Source: an uncultured Planctomycetia bacterium (lineage in GTDB: Bacteria; Omnitrophota; Gorgyraeia; Duberdicusellales; 4484-171). Taken from it: a DNA stretch of 64,000 nucleotides. Below, piece after piece: positions 49,485 to 60,182 of the stretch. Under the pieces are notes generated by a model. It ran no database searches and was not told the origin of the DNA. It worked only from the letters and a program-made list of their open reading frames with translations. The position numbers and the translations under genes are program-made. Each line of letters begins with the position of its first letter. Position 1 is the first letter of the stretch. The DNA lies in contig CAYVYJ010000008.1 in assembly GCA_964455085.1 (NCBI GenBank), positions 1,514-65,513 of the forward strand. Reading direction: 5' to 3'.

Positions 49485-50688
49485 GTTTAGTTACTAATAA
49501 TTTATTATGCACCACTGCTAGACCGATAATTATCCAAAACAGAGACTGAATTCGCTCATCCCATATATTATCCACTATATTTACTATAACAAAAGCTAAG
49601 AAACCGGTAAATAATCCATACCATAGTAAATCCTTCTTTGATGATAAGAATACTTTAAAGGTCCGCTTAAGGAACCAGAAATAAACCAACAGACCCAATA
49701 GACCAGCTTCTACAGCAATTAATAAATACCAGCAGTGAGGATTGGCTTTAATAACCAAAGGTGATTGAGTATATTTTTTAGCTATTTGAACGCTTGTTGT
49801 ATTTATCCCCTTTCCTAAAATAGGATTTTTTGCGGTCTCAAGCAAATACTCCTTCCATATAGCAACTCTTCCCCCTTGATCATAGAATACAGCATTAACG
49901 CCAGTAATAATTCTTCCTTTAAAAATAGGTGAAAAAAATACACTAGATATCACCAGCAGCAGCAGAATAGGTATAATTCGGACTATTTTTAGTTTACTAA
50001 AAAATAAAGTAATACTAAGGCTGGCGATTAAGGCAGCCCAGGAGATAAGCGAGCAGCTGATGAATAAACATATCAGGAATAACCAAAAAAGAATTAAGCC
50101 ATATACCTTAACTCTTTTCTTCTTGCTGCTGAATAAGAAAGACAATATTATCGGCGAAAGTAAAATAAGAAATGCACCAAAAGGGTTTAAGCCGCTAAAA
50201 TAGCCCCTTACCCAGGTTCCTTTAATCGGATAGGAACGCAAGAAATCAACGCCAGTCACAAACTGCCAGATACCATCGATAAATATTATTCCTAAAGATA
50301 CCGAAAATATTCCCAATACTATCCTTAATTTCTTTCGAGAGTCAATAATATCTACGGTGAAGAAATATAGCATAATATATTGGACCCACTTAGTGAAAAA
50401 GGTTCTTAGGCTCTTAGCCGGAGCAAAACTATTAAAAATCGTAAGGAATAATACAGTCAGCATAACTACAATCGGTAAATTTAGAGTTGTCTTGGGAAAG
50501 TACTCTTTTATTTTCCATTTCTTTACTAAAAAGTTTTCAATAACCCAAAGAAGAAATATCAACCCAAAAGTTACTTCGATAACTGCCTTAGACATTGCCA
50601 CAAAGGCAATTAGCAGGCAAAAAATATAAAACTTAATATTTCGCAAATGGTTAACTGCTGAAATGCTCTGATCAAGCATCACTGTCAT
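49477..50688 (-). CDS. O-antigen ligase family protein (WaaL/Wzy_C)
   Basis: R.AIW, PILGKG, PH.WYL...E.GLLG. Confidence 0.8.
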   Translation of the reverse strand: MTVMLDQSISAVNHLRNIKFYIFCLLIAFVAMSKAVIEVTFGLIFLLWVIENFLVKKWKIKEYFPKTTLNLPIVVMLTVLFLTIFNSFAPAKSLRTFFTKWVQYIMLYFFTVDIIDSRKKLRIVLGIFSVSLGIIFIDGIWQFVTGVDFLRSYPIKGTWVRGYFSGLNPFGAFLILLSPIILSFLFSSKKKRVKVYGLILFWLFLICLFISCSLISWAALIASLSITLFFSKLKIVRIIPILLLLVISSVFFSPIFKGRIITGVNAVFYDQGGRVAIWKEYLLETAKNPILGKGINTTSVQIAKKYTQSPLVIKANPHCWYLLIAVEAGLLGLLVYFWFLKRTFKVFLSSKKDLLWYGLFTGFLAFVIVNIVDNIWDERIQSLFWIIIGLAVVHNKLLVTKHD

Positions 50689-51895
50689 CTCTCCTTTGTT
50701 TATTCTTCCCTAGAGCTTCGGTTTCAGAGAAAGCCCGATTGAAAATATTTTCTGCTAAGCAAAATGGCCTAAACATCTTAATCCCTTCACGATAGTTTTG
50801 GAAGTCCTCTTCGCTGGCAATAATCTTTTTTACCGCTGAAATAAAATCACTAATACGATACTCAATAACCTCACCAGCACCGGTTTCAGAGATAAGCTCG
50901 GAAACGTAAGGTGCAGAAGTAATAATAGTCGGTAATCCTAATAAGGCGTATAATTTTGGTTTGCCAGGATCAGCATAAAGTGAATTATCGCTTTCATCTC
51001 CGGTCCAAGTAGCTAAACCCACCATGCACTGGGAGAGTATAGTATAAGCGTATTTATCATCACGGATAAATCCCTGAAATATGAAGTGTTTATTTAACTC
51101 CTTATCTTTAACTTTCCTTTTTAGTTGAGCAGCATAGGGGCCATCCCCGATTATGCGAACTTTTATTTCCGGGAATTCTCTAATTAGTTCAGGGATAGCA
51201 TCTATAACCATCTGCAGCCCTTGATTTTCAGAAAGAGTCCCTATAAACCCTAAACTCCAGCGCTCTCTGTCCTCAAGGGATAAATCATAAGAGATACCCG
51301 GTGCATAACCCAAAGGAACAATTACCTCACCATAAGAATCAGCAGCTAATCCTGAATAATGCTGGCGGGCCCACTTAATACGGGGAGATATATGCCATAC
51401 AGTATCAACGCTCCTAATAATTAATTTATCGATATTCCTAAACATAATATTAATTAACCAATTAAAGTTAATTCTCTTAGGGGGTGGATAGTAATCGAGG
51501 CAGTAGTAAACTACCCTTTCTACCTTACCTAACTTCTTTAAAATTAACCCGAGCATTGTAGAAAAAGTGGCAACTCCGATAAAAAGATCAAATTTTTTAT
51601 TTAATCTCCTCACCGCTTTAAAAAAAGAATAGATATATACTAAAAAAGAGAAACAAATGCGCACTTGAGTTAAGACACTCATTTTTCCTACCTTATAGCT
51701 AGGGAGACTAAATTCTCTTTTCTTTACACCTTGCTCATAAAGGGTGCAGCGCGATTCATTATAAGAAGCAAAAGGACTCATTACTCCGATGACCCCCAAA
51801 GAATGTGCTTTTTTGCAGAGATAATCCTCTAAAGCCTCTGTACGGCTGGTTTTTAGCTGGCCGGCTATTAAAACTTTTAGTTTTCCTAAATCCAT
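50672..51895 (-). CDS. Glycosyltransferase family 4
   Basis: GT-B fold motifs IIGDGP and PGKPKLYALLGLP. Confidence 0.75.
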   Translation of the reverse strand: MDLGKLKVLIAGQLKTSRTEALEDYLCKKAHSLGVIGVMSPFASYNESRCTLYEQGVKKREFSLPSYKVGKMSVLTQVRICFSFLVYIYSFFKAVRRLNKKFDLFIGVATFSTMLGLILKKLGKVERVVYYCLDYYPPPKRINFNWLINIMFRNIDKLIIRSVDTVWHISPRIKWARQHYSGLAADSYGEVIVPLGYAPGISYDLSLEDRERWSLGFIGTLSENQGLQMVIDAIPELIREFPEIKVRIIGDGPYAAQLKRKVKDKELNKHFIFQGFIRDDKYAYTILSQCMVGLATWTGDESDNSLYADPGKPKLYALLGLPTIITSAPYVSELISETGAGEVIEYRISDFISAVKKIIASEEDFQNYREGIKMFRPFCLAENIFNRAFSETEALGKNKQRRDDSDA

Positions 51896-51902
51896 AATCT
51901 AT

Positions 51903-52952
51903 CTAAAAATATCTCTTCCACCTCTCGGCCCCAGGATTTAAGAAGAAATCAATTGAAGATATAATTTTTTCGGACCTTTTAAGCATTCTGCTGACTATTT
52001 CTGAATCTCTAACTTTTCTAAAATCTTGAACTTTCCCTTTCATAACTAAAGTGTCTTTAAGGTGTAACAGATTCCAGACAATTGCTTTAGGCCCGGACAT
52101 TGCAATTCTATACTTATGTATTAATATAAAGAATAGCATCTCTAAGAATAATATGAACAAGTAAGAGGGCAAAATTAAAGCCAAGTAACCCCAGGAATAG
52201 TTTTTAAGTAAGGTTCTGAAAGTATTTCGTTCTGAAATGTATCTCTTCTGAGCTCTGTTGTGGGTTTTACTTAATGTTGCACTCACCCGATGATAAAGAT
52301 AAGCCTTTGGCTCAGCCACAACCCTAAAACCAGCTAAATGCGCCCGCCAGGAAAGATCAATATCATCAGCCAAAGTTAAATAATCAGGGTCGTAGCCTCC
52401 GATTATTGAAAGCAAACTCTTGCGTATAAACATTGCCCCGCCAAAAGAAAAGAACACATCTGTTACCTGAGCATATTGGCCAAGGTCTTTTTCATTTATA
52501 CCCCGGGAAAAAGGGAAACCAAAAATATCAATATCCGCACCAACGCTATCAATCTCATCGACAAGTTCCTCATCCTTTATCCGCAGCATCTTTACAGTAC
52601 AGATACCAATAGTTTCATCTGACTGGCAACGCGCAACTAGATGATTCAATATATGGGGATCAAACTCCATATCATTACTGACCCAAAAGATATATTCGCC
52701 TTTTGCTTGAGCGATTGCTACATTACTGCCTTCAGCTGTACCGAGGTTGGTTTCATTCTGGATTACCTTAAGCTCAGGATAATTTTCCCTAACAAACTCA
52801 ATACTCCCGTCAGTTGAGGCATTATCAACAATTATTACCTCGTAATTAGGGTATTTAAGATTACTTAGGCTGGGTAAATACTTCTTTAAGAGTTCTTTAC
52901 CATTCCAGGTTACATTGACAACGCTAACTAAAGGGCTACTTTTATCAACCAT
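51903..52952 (-). CDS. Glycosyltransferase family 2
   Basis: VDNASTDGS, DDIDLSWR, YH. Start reassigned to the ATG at 52952 to avoid overlapping the upstream gene. Confidence 0.88.
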   Translation of the reverse strand: MVDKSSPLVSVVNVTWNGKELLKKYLPSLSNLKYPNYEVIIVDNASTDGSIEFVRENYPELKVIQNETNLGTAEGSNVAIAQAKGEYIFWVSNDMEFDPHILNHLVARCQSDETIGICTVKMLRIKDEELVDEIDSVGADIDIFGFPFSRGINEKDLGQYAQVTDVFFSFGGAMFIRKSLLSIIGGYDPDYLTLADDIDLSWRAHLAGFRVVAEPKAYLYHRVSATLSKTHNRAQKRYISERNTFRTLLKNYSWGYLALILPSYLFILFLEMLFFILIHKYRIAMSGPKAIVWNLLHLKDTLVMKGKVQDFRKVRDSEIVSRMLKRSEKIISSIDFFLNPGAERWKRYF

Positions 52953-52956
52953 AGGT

Positions 52957-54366
52957 TTAATTTGTTGACTGGTATTCTTTAATGAGATTCTTTTTGAAAA
53001 AAACTGCAATAACTTTTTTGAAGGCGTAGATAAAAGTGCTACGTGATCTAAAGTAACCCATAAAAGTCCTGGGCCGTAAGTAAAATCTAAGAATAGCTCT
53101 CTTTCGAACTCCCTCCAGCTCTTCTGTAGTCATGCCCTTGGGAGCATAAACAACTTTATTTTGAGCAACCAGGCTAAAATCATAATCTTCAGGCAATTCT
53201 TTGCTGGCAATAAGAGCATTTGTGGCTTCAGTAGCCGGTAAAGGCTGAAAAGCCGTAAAGCTAGCCTCTCTGATACCAAGCTTTAAGGCTAATTTTATTG
53301 TCTTCTCCATCTCCTCTCTGGTCTCACTGGGATAACCTAATATAAAATAACCATTTGGCTCAAATCCCATTCTATTCATTAGATTAACCTTTGCCCAAAC
53401 CATATCTAAGTTTATCTCTTTCTTCATCAATTTAAGAATACGCTCTGAACCAGACTCTATTCCCAGAACTATTGCTCGCTCAAAACCAGCTTCTTTCATG
53501 GCTTCTAGCAGTTCTTGGTCAATAAAATCTAATCTCATACCTACGCCTAAAGTAAAACAGGCTTTAAAGTTCTCTCTCTCTATTCTTTGGCAAAAATCCA
53601 TTATGAATTTCTTGGTTACGCCAAACCCCTCATCTTCTATAACAAACCTCTTTATACCGTATTCTCTCTGCAAAAAATGTAGTTCAGCAAATATATGGTC
53701 TAGCCCTCTTCTTCGCAAGCGTTGTCCAGAGGTAACTTTAGCAGCACAAAAAGTACATGAATAAGGACAACCCCGAGAGAAAAATACCGGAACAGTATTA
53801 GGACCCATGCTTAAGTATTTAAAGTACTCTGAAGGTTTAATTAGATCCCAAGCTGGAAAACCATATTCTTCAATATTTTCAGGGAAGTAAGGCTCATTTA
53901 TCCGAATCGTATTATTTTCGCGATAGATAAGACCGGGGACTTGAGAAAAGTTTTTATCTCCGGAATCAAGAGCTTTTACTAATTGTCTTAGGGGAATCTC
54001 ACCTTCACCACTGACAGCAAAATCAACTTTTTCAAAATTCTTTAAAACCTTATTGGGAAGAGAAGATACATGAGGGCCGCCTAAGACGATTATAGTCTTT
54101 GGTAATTCCTTCTTAACCATATCGACCATTTTTTTCACAAAAGGAATCGATATCGAAAACAGGCTAATACCAATTAAATCCGGAGAAATTTTTTTAACCT
54201 CTTGAAGAAACTTCTTATAATTATAATTATCTTTTAAACAATCAAGGATAGATACTTGATGTCCACTCTCTTTTACTGCAGTTGCAAGATAACCTAAACC
54301 AGCAGGTGGGTATGATTCCCCGGAAATGCCAAAATCCTTAAAAGGTTGAACTAATAGTATTTTCAT
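52957..54366 (-). CDS. Cobalamin-binding radical SAM protein
   Basis: PPAGLGYLA, GGPH, GEGE, SRGCPYSCTFC, GIESGS. Confidence 0.9.
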   Translation of the reverse strand: MKILLVQPFKDFGISGESYPPAGLGYLATAVKESGHQVSILDCLKDNYNYKKFLQEVKKISPDLIGISLFSISIPFVKKMVDMVKKELPKTIIVLGGPHVSSLPNKVLKNFEKVDFAVSGEGEIPLRQLVKALDSGDKNFSQVPGLIYRENNTIRINEPYFPENIEEYGFPAWDLIKPSEYFKYLSMGPNTVPVFFSRGCPYSCTFCAAKVTSGQRLRRRGLDHIFAELHFLQREYGIKRFVIEDEGFGVTKKFIMDFCQRIERENFKACFTLGVGMRLDFIDQELLEAMKEAGFERAIVLGIESGSERILKLMKKEINLDMVWAKVNLMNRMGFEPNGYFILGYPSETREEMEKTIKLALKLGIREASFTAFQPLPATEATNALIASKELPEDYDFSLVAQNKVVYAPKGMTTEELEGVRKRAILRFYLRPRTFMGYFRSRSTFIYAFKKVIAVFFKKNLIKEYQSTN

Positions 54367-55028
54367 TTCTCTAAAACTTTTTTGCCTGTTTTCGAAACAA
54401 CTACCATTTGGCCTTGAGGTATAAAACCAAAATATGTACGATTTTTCTTATAGCGGATTACTTCAAATCCCTTCTGCCTAAGCAGACCTGATAAATTATT
54501 TTTAGTAAAATAACGAATATGAGGCGTAGTAGGATAAAAATACTTATCAAGAGATATCAGGATGATAATAAACAACTTCAGACGCGTTAACTGAGAAGTA
54601 GCTATTAACAGATGGCCATTTGATTTTAAAACTCTGTTTGTTTCTTCAAGCAAAGTCTCTGTATCCAAAATGTGTTCAAGAACGTCAATCATAAATATCG
54701 CATCAAATGATTCGTCAGGGTAAGTAAATTTACTGCTTTCCCCTAATAGTTGAAAGTCGATTTCTGGATAGCTGTTCTTTGCTTTATTGATAGCAATTTC
54801 GGAACAATCAATCCCGCAAACTGAACTGCAATATTTACTAGCTATATATGTAAATTCTCCCTGACCACATCCAAAATCTAAAATCTTACCCTTAATAAAC
54901 GGTTTAAAAAAACTTAAATGGCGGTTAAAATTATCTTCTGTCCATTTTCCAGGAGAGCGGTCAAAAGGATTTATTTTTATATGCCCATCTTCCCAATAAC
55001 GTTTATAAAATGTCTTTTCTCCGCCCAT
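54363..55028 (-). CDS. Class I SAM-dependent methyltransferase
   Basis: LDFGCGQG, DVLEHI, HIRYFT. Confidence 0.9.
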   Translation of the reverse strand: MGGEKTFYKRYWEDGHIKINPFDRSPGKWTEDNFNRHLSFFKPFIKGKILDFGCGQGEFTYIASKYCSSVCGIDCSEIAINKAKNSYPEIDFQLLGESSKFTYPDESFDAIFMIDVLEHILDTETLLEETNRVLKSNGHLLIATSQLTRLKLFIIILISLDKYFYPTTPHIRYFTKNNLSGLLRQKGFEVIRYKKNRTYFGFIPQGQMVVVSKTGKKVLEK

Positions 55029-55056
55029 CTATCCTCCTATCTTATTGATACCTTTC

Positions 55057-56016
55057 TTATACTTTTACCTGTTCGCTAATCCACTTGTATGTTTTCTCTA
55101 AGCCCTCTTCTAAACTAATTTGAGGCTCCCAGCCAAGTACTTCACGCAATTTTGTATTATCGCTGTTTCTTCCTCTTACCCCTTGAGGTTTTGAAAGGTC
55201 ATACTTCTTGGTTATTTTCTTGCCGGAAATTTTAGCTATAATATCCACTAATTCATCTACGGTAACCAGCCTATCTTGGCCTAAATTAAGGGGCTGCAGA
55301 TAATCAGATTGCATCAGCCGGTATATTCCTTCGACGCAATCATCAATGTAGCAGAAAGAACGACTCTGCTTCCCATCACCCCAAACTTCTATCTTATCTT
55401 CATCTTTAGCTAAGGCAATTTTACGGCAGATTGCTGCCGGAGCCTTTTCTCTTCCACCCTCATATGTTCCTAAGGGTCCAAAGATATTATGGAAACGGAC
55501 TGAATGAGTTTTAAAACTATAATCTTCTGTATAATATTGACAAGCCAGCTCAGAGAATAGTTTCTCCCAGCCATAACCTGGTTCAGCGTCTGCCGGGTAT
55601 GCGTCCTCTTCTTTTAACATCTTTACATCAGGGCTCTTTTGTAAATACATCGGGTAAATGCAAGCTGAACTTGTATAGAGGTATCTTTTTACCTTGTTTT
55701 TCCTAGCTGCCTCTAGCATATGCAAATTTATTAAAGCATTGTTTCTGAAAATCTCAGCATGAGAAGAAGTAATATAACCTATACCACCCATATCAGCAGC
55801 CAGCTGATAGACTTCATCTATTCTTTCGCAGGCCTCCATACAATTATCAAATTCACGTAAGTCCAACAATTTAAAATCATCAGCAGCAGTTTCTTCAAAC
55901 TCAGGATTCTTTATATCATCACCTCTGACCCAGTAACCTTTTTTCTTTAAATATTTAACCAGATGGTGTCCAATAAATCCTCCAGCACCGGTAACTAAAA
56001 CCCGTTTTCTCGCCAT
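55057..56016 (-). CDS. GDP-mannose 3,5-epimerase-like NAD-dependent epimerase
   Basis: GAGGFIG, LAADMGGIGYI, SSACIY, YGWEK, REKAPAAICRK. Confidence 0.88.
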   Translation of the reverse strand: MARKRVLVTGAGGFIGHHLVKYLKKKGYWVRGDDIKNPEFEETAADDFKLLDLREFDNCMEACERIDEVYQLAADMGGIGYITSSHAEIFRNNALINLHMLEAARKNKVKRYLYTSSACIYPMYLQKSPDVKMLKEEDAYPADAEPGYGWEKLFSELACQYYTEDYSFKTHSVRFHNIFGPLGTYEGGREKAPAAICRKIALAKDEDKIEVWGDGKQSRSFCYIDDCVEGIYRLMQSDYLQPLNLGQDRLVTVDELVDIIAKISGKKITKKYDLSKPQGVRGRNSDNTKLREVLGWEPQISLEEGLEKTYKWISEQVKV

Positions 56017-56026
56017 AATTCCCTCT

Positions 56027-57358
56027 CTAATTTTTTCCTTCTCCTAAATATTTAATATTTATCTTAAAATTCTTATCTCTAAATATCCCCCAACAATCAA
56101 AAATAACTAAATCTTTTTTGCAAACAGACAAATCGATCTCTCTGAACTCATCCCAGGGAGTTGTGATTAATAGAATATCGGCTTCTTCTGCACAGGCCTG
56201 GCTATTATTAGCATACCTGACCCCATCACCAAAAACACCCCTGGCTGCATCTAAACTCTGGGGGTCATAAACCATTATTCTGTAACCCTGGTTAATTAAC
56301 AGCTCTACAATATCTATAGCTTGTGAATCTTCAATGATTGGTGTATTCGGTTTATAAGAGAGTCCCAAGACCCCGATAAGAACATTCTCACTTTTCTTGC
56401 CTGACTGACCAATCAAATTCTTTACTATATTTTCAATTCTCCGTACCTGATCTTGGTTAACCTCGTCAACCATCTCAGCTAACTTTGCTTTTTGTCCAAC
56501 TTTTCTGGCAAAAGCAGCGAAGGCTACGTTATCACGCGGAAAACATGGCCCGCCAAAACCCAAACCGGGTTTTAAGTATTTTCTTCCGATACGAGTATCC
56601 ATTCCGATTGCCCTGGTAATAGCTTGAGAGTTGGCTCCGGGAACTTTCTCACAAACCGAAGCTAAAGAATTTGCATAAGTTATCTTCATGGTCACGTAAC
56701 AATTAAGTGAAATTTTGGCAATCTCAGCACTGACCAGATTCATCCTCCCAAACTTAGGATTATTCTCACAGGTTCTCTTATGGATTTCCTCCAAGATATC
56801 TCCGTCCTTTTTGCTGAACTCCCCGATTAGAATAAAGTCAGGGTTTAAGAAATCATGGATTACACTTCCTAAAGCAATAAACTCAGGATTATAAGCTATC
56901 CCAAAATCCTTACCGCATTTTTTCCCCGATATTCCTTCCAAGATAAATTTTCCCACATGTTCAGTAGTCCCGGGCATGACGGTTGAAGTAATAGCTACCA
57001 GATGGTAGCTATTTTTATTCTTCAAAGCTGAGCCGATTGCTTTTAGTGATTCCTCTAGCTGCTGATTGGAAAATGAACCATCAGCTTCTGAAGGTGTAGC
57101 AACAACGATAAAAGTTACATCAGAATTATTAATCGCTTGGCTGTAATCAGTCGTTGCTTGTAAATTACCTTTACACGCCTCAAGAAACGCAGTTAACCCG
57201 GTTTCACTAACTGGGTTCTTCCCCTTATTAATCAAGTCTACTCTCTGAGCATCAATATCCACTCCAACCACCTTATAGCCCTTGCTGGCAAAACAGGCAG
57301 CCGAGCATAAACCCAGTTTACCTAAACCAATTACCGATATTGAATTAATATTCTTCAT
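56027..57358 (-). CDS. UDP-glucose/GDP-mannose dehydrogenase family
   Basis: GLGKLG, NPEF, GFGGPCFPRD, GLSYKPNT. Confidence 0.92.
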   Translation of the reverse strand: MKNINSISVIGLGKLGLCSAACFASKGYKVVGVDIDAQRVDLINKGKNPVSETGLTAFLEACKGNLQATTDYSQAINNSDVTFIVVATPSEADGSFSNQQLEESLKAIGSALKNKNSYHLVAITSTVMPGTTEHVGKFILEGISGKKCGKDFGIAYNPEFIALGSVIHDFLNPDFILIGEFSKKDGDILEEIHKRTCENNPKFGRMNLVSAEIAKISLNCYVTMKITYANSLASVCEKVPGANSQAITRAIGMDTRIGRKYLKPGLGFGGPCFPRDNVAFAAFARKVGQKAKLAEMVDEVNQDQVRRIENIVKNLIGQSGKKSENVLIGVLGLSYKPNTPIIEDSQAIDIVELLINQGYRIMVYDPQSLDAARGVFGDGVRYANNSQACAEEADILLITTPWDEFREIDLSVCKKDLVIFDCWGIFRDKNFKINIKYLGEGKN

Positions 57359-57379
57359 ATATATCCCTCCAGATAAAAA

Positions 57380-57507
57380 CTAATTATAAGACTCTTCTAT
57401 TACCAAAGCATTGTTGAAGCCACAGACTTTTTCCACTAAATGAGTTTCGCCTCCACCGGTGTTCGGAGAAAAAACGGTGTCAAAATCAATATTCCCTTAC
57501 TATTCAT
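57380..57507 (-). pseudogene. Collapsed GT4 glycosyltransferase remnant
   Basis: With one T restored in a T6 run it reads MNSKGILILTPFFSPNTGGGETHL then VEKVCGFNNALVIEESYN*. Confidence 0.65.
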
Positions 57508-57512
57508 ATTTA

Positions 57513-59309
57513 TTATGATTTCTTTGATATCATAAAATTCTCAATTGCCATATATTCAAGACCAGAATTATCAAAAGTAAAAACGGCCTGTTCCAATGTC
57601 CCTACCAAAGGATAGCCATGCAAATTTAGGCTAGTATTAAGCAATCCTCCTATTCCAGTTAAGTTTTCAAAGTGTTTTAGAAGACGGTAATAGTCTGGGT
57701 CTATTTCTTGATTTAAAATCTGAGGCCGCAAGGTTTTATCTTTAGGGTGTATAGCGGCTAAAAGATGTTCTATGGCCAATGGAGTTGAATCAAAAGCAAT
57801 TATCATAAACCGTGAAGAATCTAGTATCCTATCCTTTAGTGAATCCCAATTCTTAATATACTTTGGCGCCCATTCTTGAAGAATTGTCGGTGCAAAAGGC
57901 ATCCAAAAATCCCTCATCTTGATCATATCATTAACTCTGTAAAAAGTTCTTATATCGGAAGGATTTCCTAAAATTGAACGATGCCCCAAAGCTCTTGCCC
58001 CGAACTCTCCTTTACCCTTAAACCTTGCGACTATCTCTTTGGAAGCAAGAAGGCAAGCTATTTTATCTTCCATATCATCAAAGAAATCAACTTTGTATTT
58101 TTGAAAATAACCCTTTTCTTTAAGAAACTTCTCTGCCTCTTGATTGTTATACTCTAAACCTAAATACATACTCCTAGGCAAGTGAGAGGTAGAATTATTT
58201 TCCATAGTTTGAAGGTAATATGCACCGAAGACAGTACTCTCGTCGCCAGCTGAAGGCATAAAATAGGCTTTATCGATATTATTGCTTTCCGAAATAATTT
58301 TATTCATTTTAACATTCAAAAATACTCCTCCGCTACAAGCTATTTTTCTAATACCGGTTTTCTCTACTGCCGCCTCAATCCATTCACAAACATAATTTTC
58401 TACTAACTTCTGTATCGCTGCAGAAACATTATCAAATCTAATACCGCTAAGTCTTTCTCTAAGGAAATTATGAGCTATATTAAGATTTATTTTGGATTTA
58501 AAAGTTAGGCTTTCCTTATCCAACCACACTAAATCTTTTAATCTATCATAAGCTAAAGAATAGTATTTAGGATCATTGACAAAGGCTGCTAACCCCATAA
58601 CTTTATACTCATGTTCGTTCGGCTTCATTCCCAAAAACTTAGTTACTTCTGAATACAGGAGCCCTAAAGAAGCTTCAAAGCCTGAAGAAGACACTAAAGA
58701 ATATTCATCTTTGCCTTTAGTCGAATCATAGATAAATATCTTAGCAAAAGACATATCTCCGGCACCATCCATTGAAATTAACAAATACTTATCTTTTTTC
58801 TCATTTAAGTTATAAAAAGAGACTGGGGAAAAACAATGACAGGTGTGATGGTCCATGTATTTTATTTTTGAATCCGGAATGGAAAAATTTCTATTTAAAA
58901 AGACTTCAAACTCTTTTTTGCAATTAGGGGATATAATTCTATTAAGAATAAAATTTCTTATACCTAACATAGAATTCTTTATCAAAGAGCACCTATAACC
59001 ACCTTTATATTCTAAATAATTCCAAATCGACCTTAGCCTGCTACGCGAGGCTTCTTCAATCAAATCCTTTTTGTCCGGAATAAACAAAAATAACATATTC
59101 TTCATAGGGTTAAGAAAACTTTCGATTTTATGGAAATCTTGGCCTAACTTACCAGAGAGGTATTTTATTGAATTATCAGGGGTACCTATGTAATTTTTGA
59201 TATTGGTAAGCTTCTCTTCCTGAAGGATAAAGGGAGGTTTCCCTTCTTCAAATAACCCTACGGTTGCATTATGCCCCGGATAGATAACTAAAACTTTTGA
59301 ACTATTCAT
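57513..59309 (-). CDS. O-carbamoyltransferase (NodU/CmcH family)
   Basis: GHN, DHHTCH, DGAGD, EYKVMGLA, GGVFLN, EFGARALGHRS, NTSLN. Confidence 0.92.
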   Translation of the reverse strand: MNSSKVLVIYPGHNATVGLFEEGKPPFILQEEKLTNIKNYIGTPDNSIKYLSGKLGQDFHKIESFLNPMKNMLFLFIPDKKDLIEEASRSRLRSIWNYLEYKGGYRCSLIKNSMLGIRNFILNRIISPNCKKEFEVFLNRNFSIPDSKIKYMDHHTCHCFSPVSFYNLNEKKDKYLLISMDGAGDMSFAKIFIYDSTKGKDEYSLVSSSGFEASLGLLYSEVTKFLGMKPNEHEYKVMGLAAFVNDPKYYSLAYDRLKDLVWLDKESLTFKSKINLNIAHNFLRERLSGIRFDNVSAAIQKLVENYVCEWIEAAVEKTGIRKIACSGGVFLNVKMNKIISESNNIDKAYFMPSAGDESTVFGAYYLQTMENNSTSHLPRSMYLGLEYNNQEAEKFLKEKGYFQKYKVDFFDDMEDKIACLLASKEIVARFKGKGEFGARALGHRSILGNPSDIRTFYRVNDMIKMRDFWMPFAPTILQEWAPKYIKNWDSLKDRILDSSRFMIIAFDSTPLAIEHLLAAIHPKDKTLRPQILNQEIDPDYYRLLKHFENLTGIGGLLNTSLNLHGYPLVGTLEQAVFTFDNSGLEYMAIENFMISKKS

Positions 59310-60124
59310 TATCTTATTAGTGATTCTTTAAGATACAAAAAACCTGATACAATCTTTAAAAAATACATCCCTAAAGATAGTAATGGGTGTCTAAACAATT
59401 TTTTCCATTTACCTTTTTCAGAAAATACTCCAAAGTACCGATAAAAGAAACCTAATTGTTTTTTAATCGTTTTATCTTTTCTGCCCCATTTGTCTATATA
59501 CCTACTAAGATTTTTAGCATAGTAACCTTTTTTTTGTAAATATCTCTTAAAGCTGAACGCTTCTTCGCTATGATACAAAGGACTTTTAATTATACCTACT
59601 TCTCCTATCGCCCTAATCCTTCTATCAAGATCCCAATCTTCAGGCCCGGTTAGATTCTCGTCAAAGCCATCGATTTTTAAAAATTCATCTCTTCGAATAA
59701 ATCTTATACAATCTATTACTGTTGCATTATAAAAACTTCTTTCAAAATCTCTTATTTTAGTCCAGAATCCTCTACCAACTATCCTTTCCGGAATGTATAA
59801 AGCAATCAAGCTTTGACACTCACACATTTGTACACACTTACCTAAAACACCCTCCGATAAACTCATATCAGCATCCAGATATAAAATATACTTTCCCGAT
59901 GCTTCTTTGATACCTAAATTTCTCTGTACGCTTCTTTCAGGACCGTAATTAAAAACTTTATTGGTATATTTTTTTGCTATTTCTTTAGTCCTGTCGGTTG
60001 AATTATTATCAACAACGATTATTTCTATCTCAGTCTGCGGATAAATCTGTCCTTTAATCGAATTTAAACAATTCTCGATATTTTTTTCTTCGTTTTTGGT
60101 GGTAATTACTACTGAGACTAACAT
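59309..60124 (-). CDS. Glycosyltransferase family 2
   Basis: VDNNSTD, LDADM, GPEDWD. Confidence 0.9.
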   Translation of the reverse strand: MLVSVVITTKNEEKNIENCLNSIKGQIYPQTEIEIIVVDNNSTDRTKEIAKKYTNKVFNYGPERSVQRNLGIKEASGKYILYLDADMSLSEGVLGKCVQMCECQSLIALYIPERIVGRGFWTKIRDFERSFYNATVIDCIRFIRRDEFLKIDGFDENLTGPEDWDLDRRIRAIGEVGIIKSPLYHSEEAFSFKRYLQKKGYYAKNLSRYIDKWGRKDKTIKKQLGFFYRYFGVFSEKGKWKKLFRHPLLSLGMYFLKIVSGFLYLKESLIR

Positions 60125-60182
60125 CTTTTAGATTAAACTATATTTTGGTAGTTGCTTGAAAATTACAGATAGGGAATTAATT

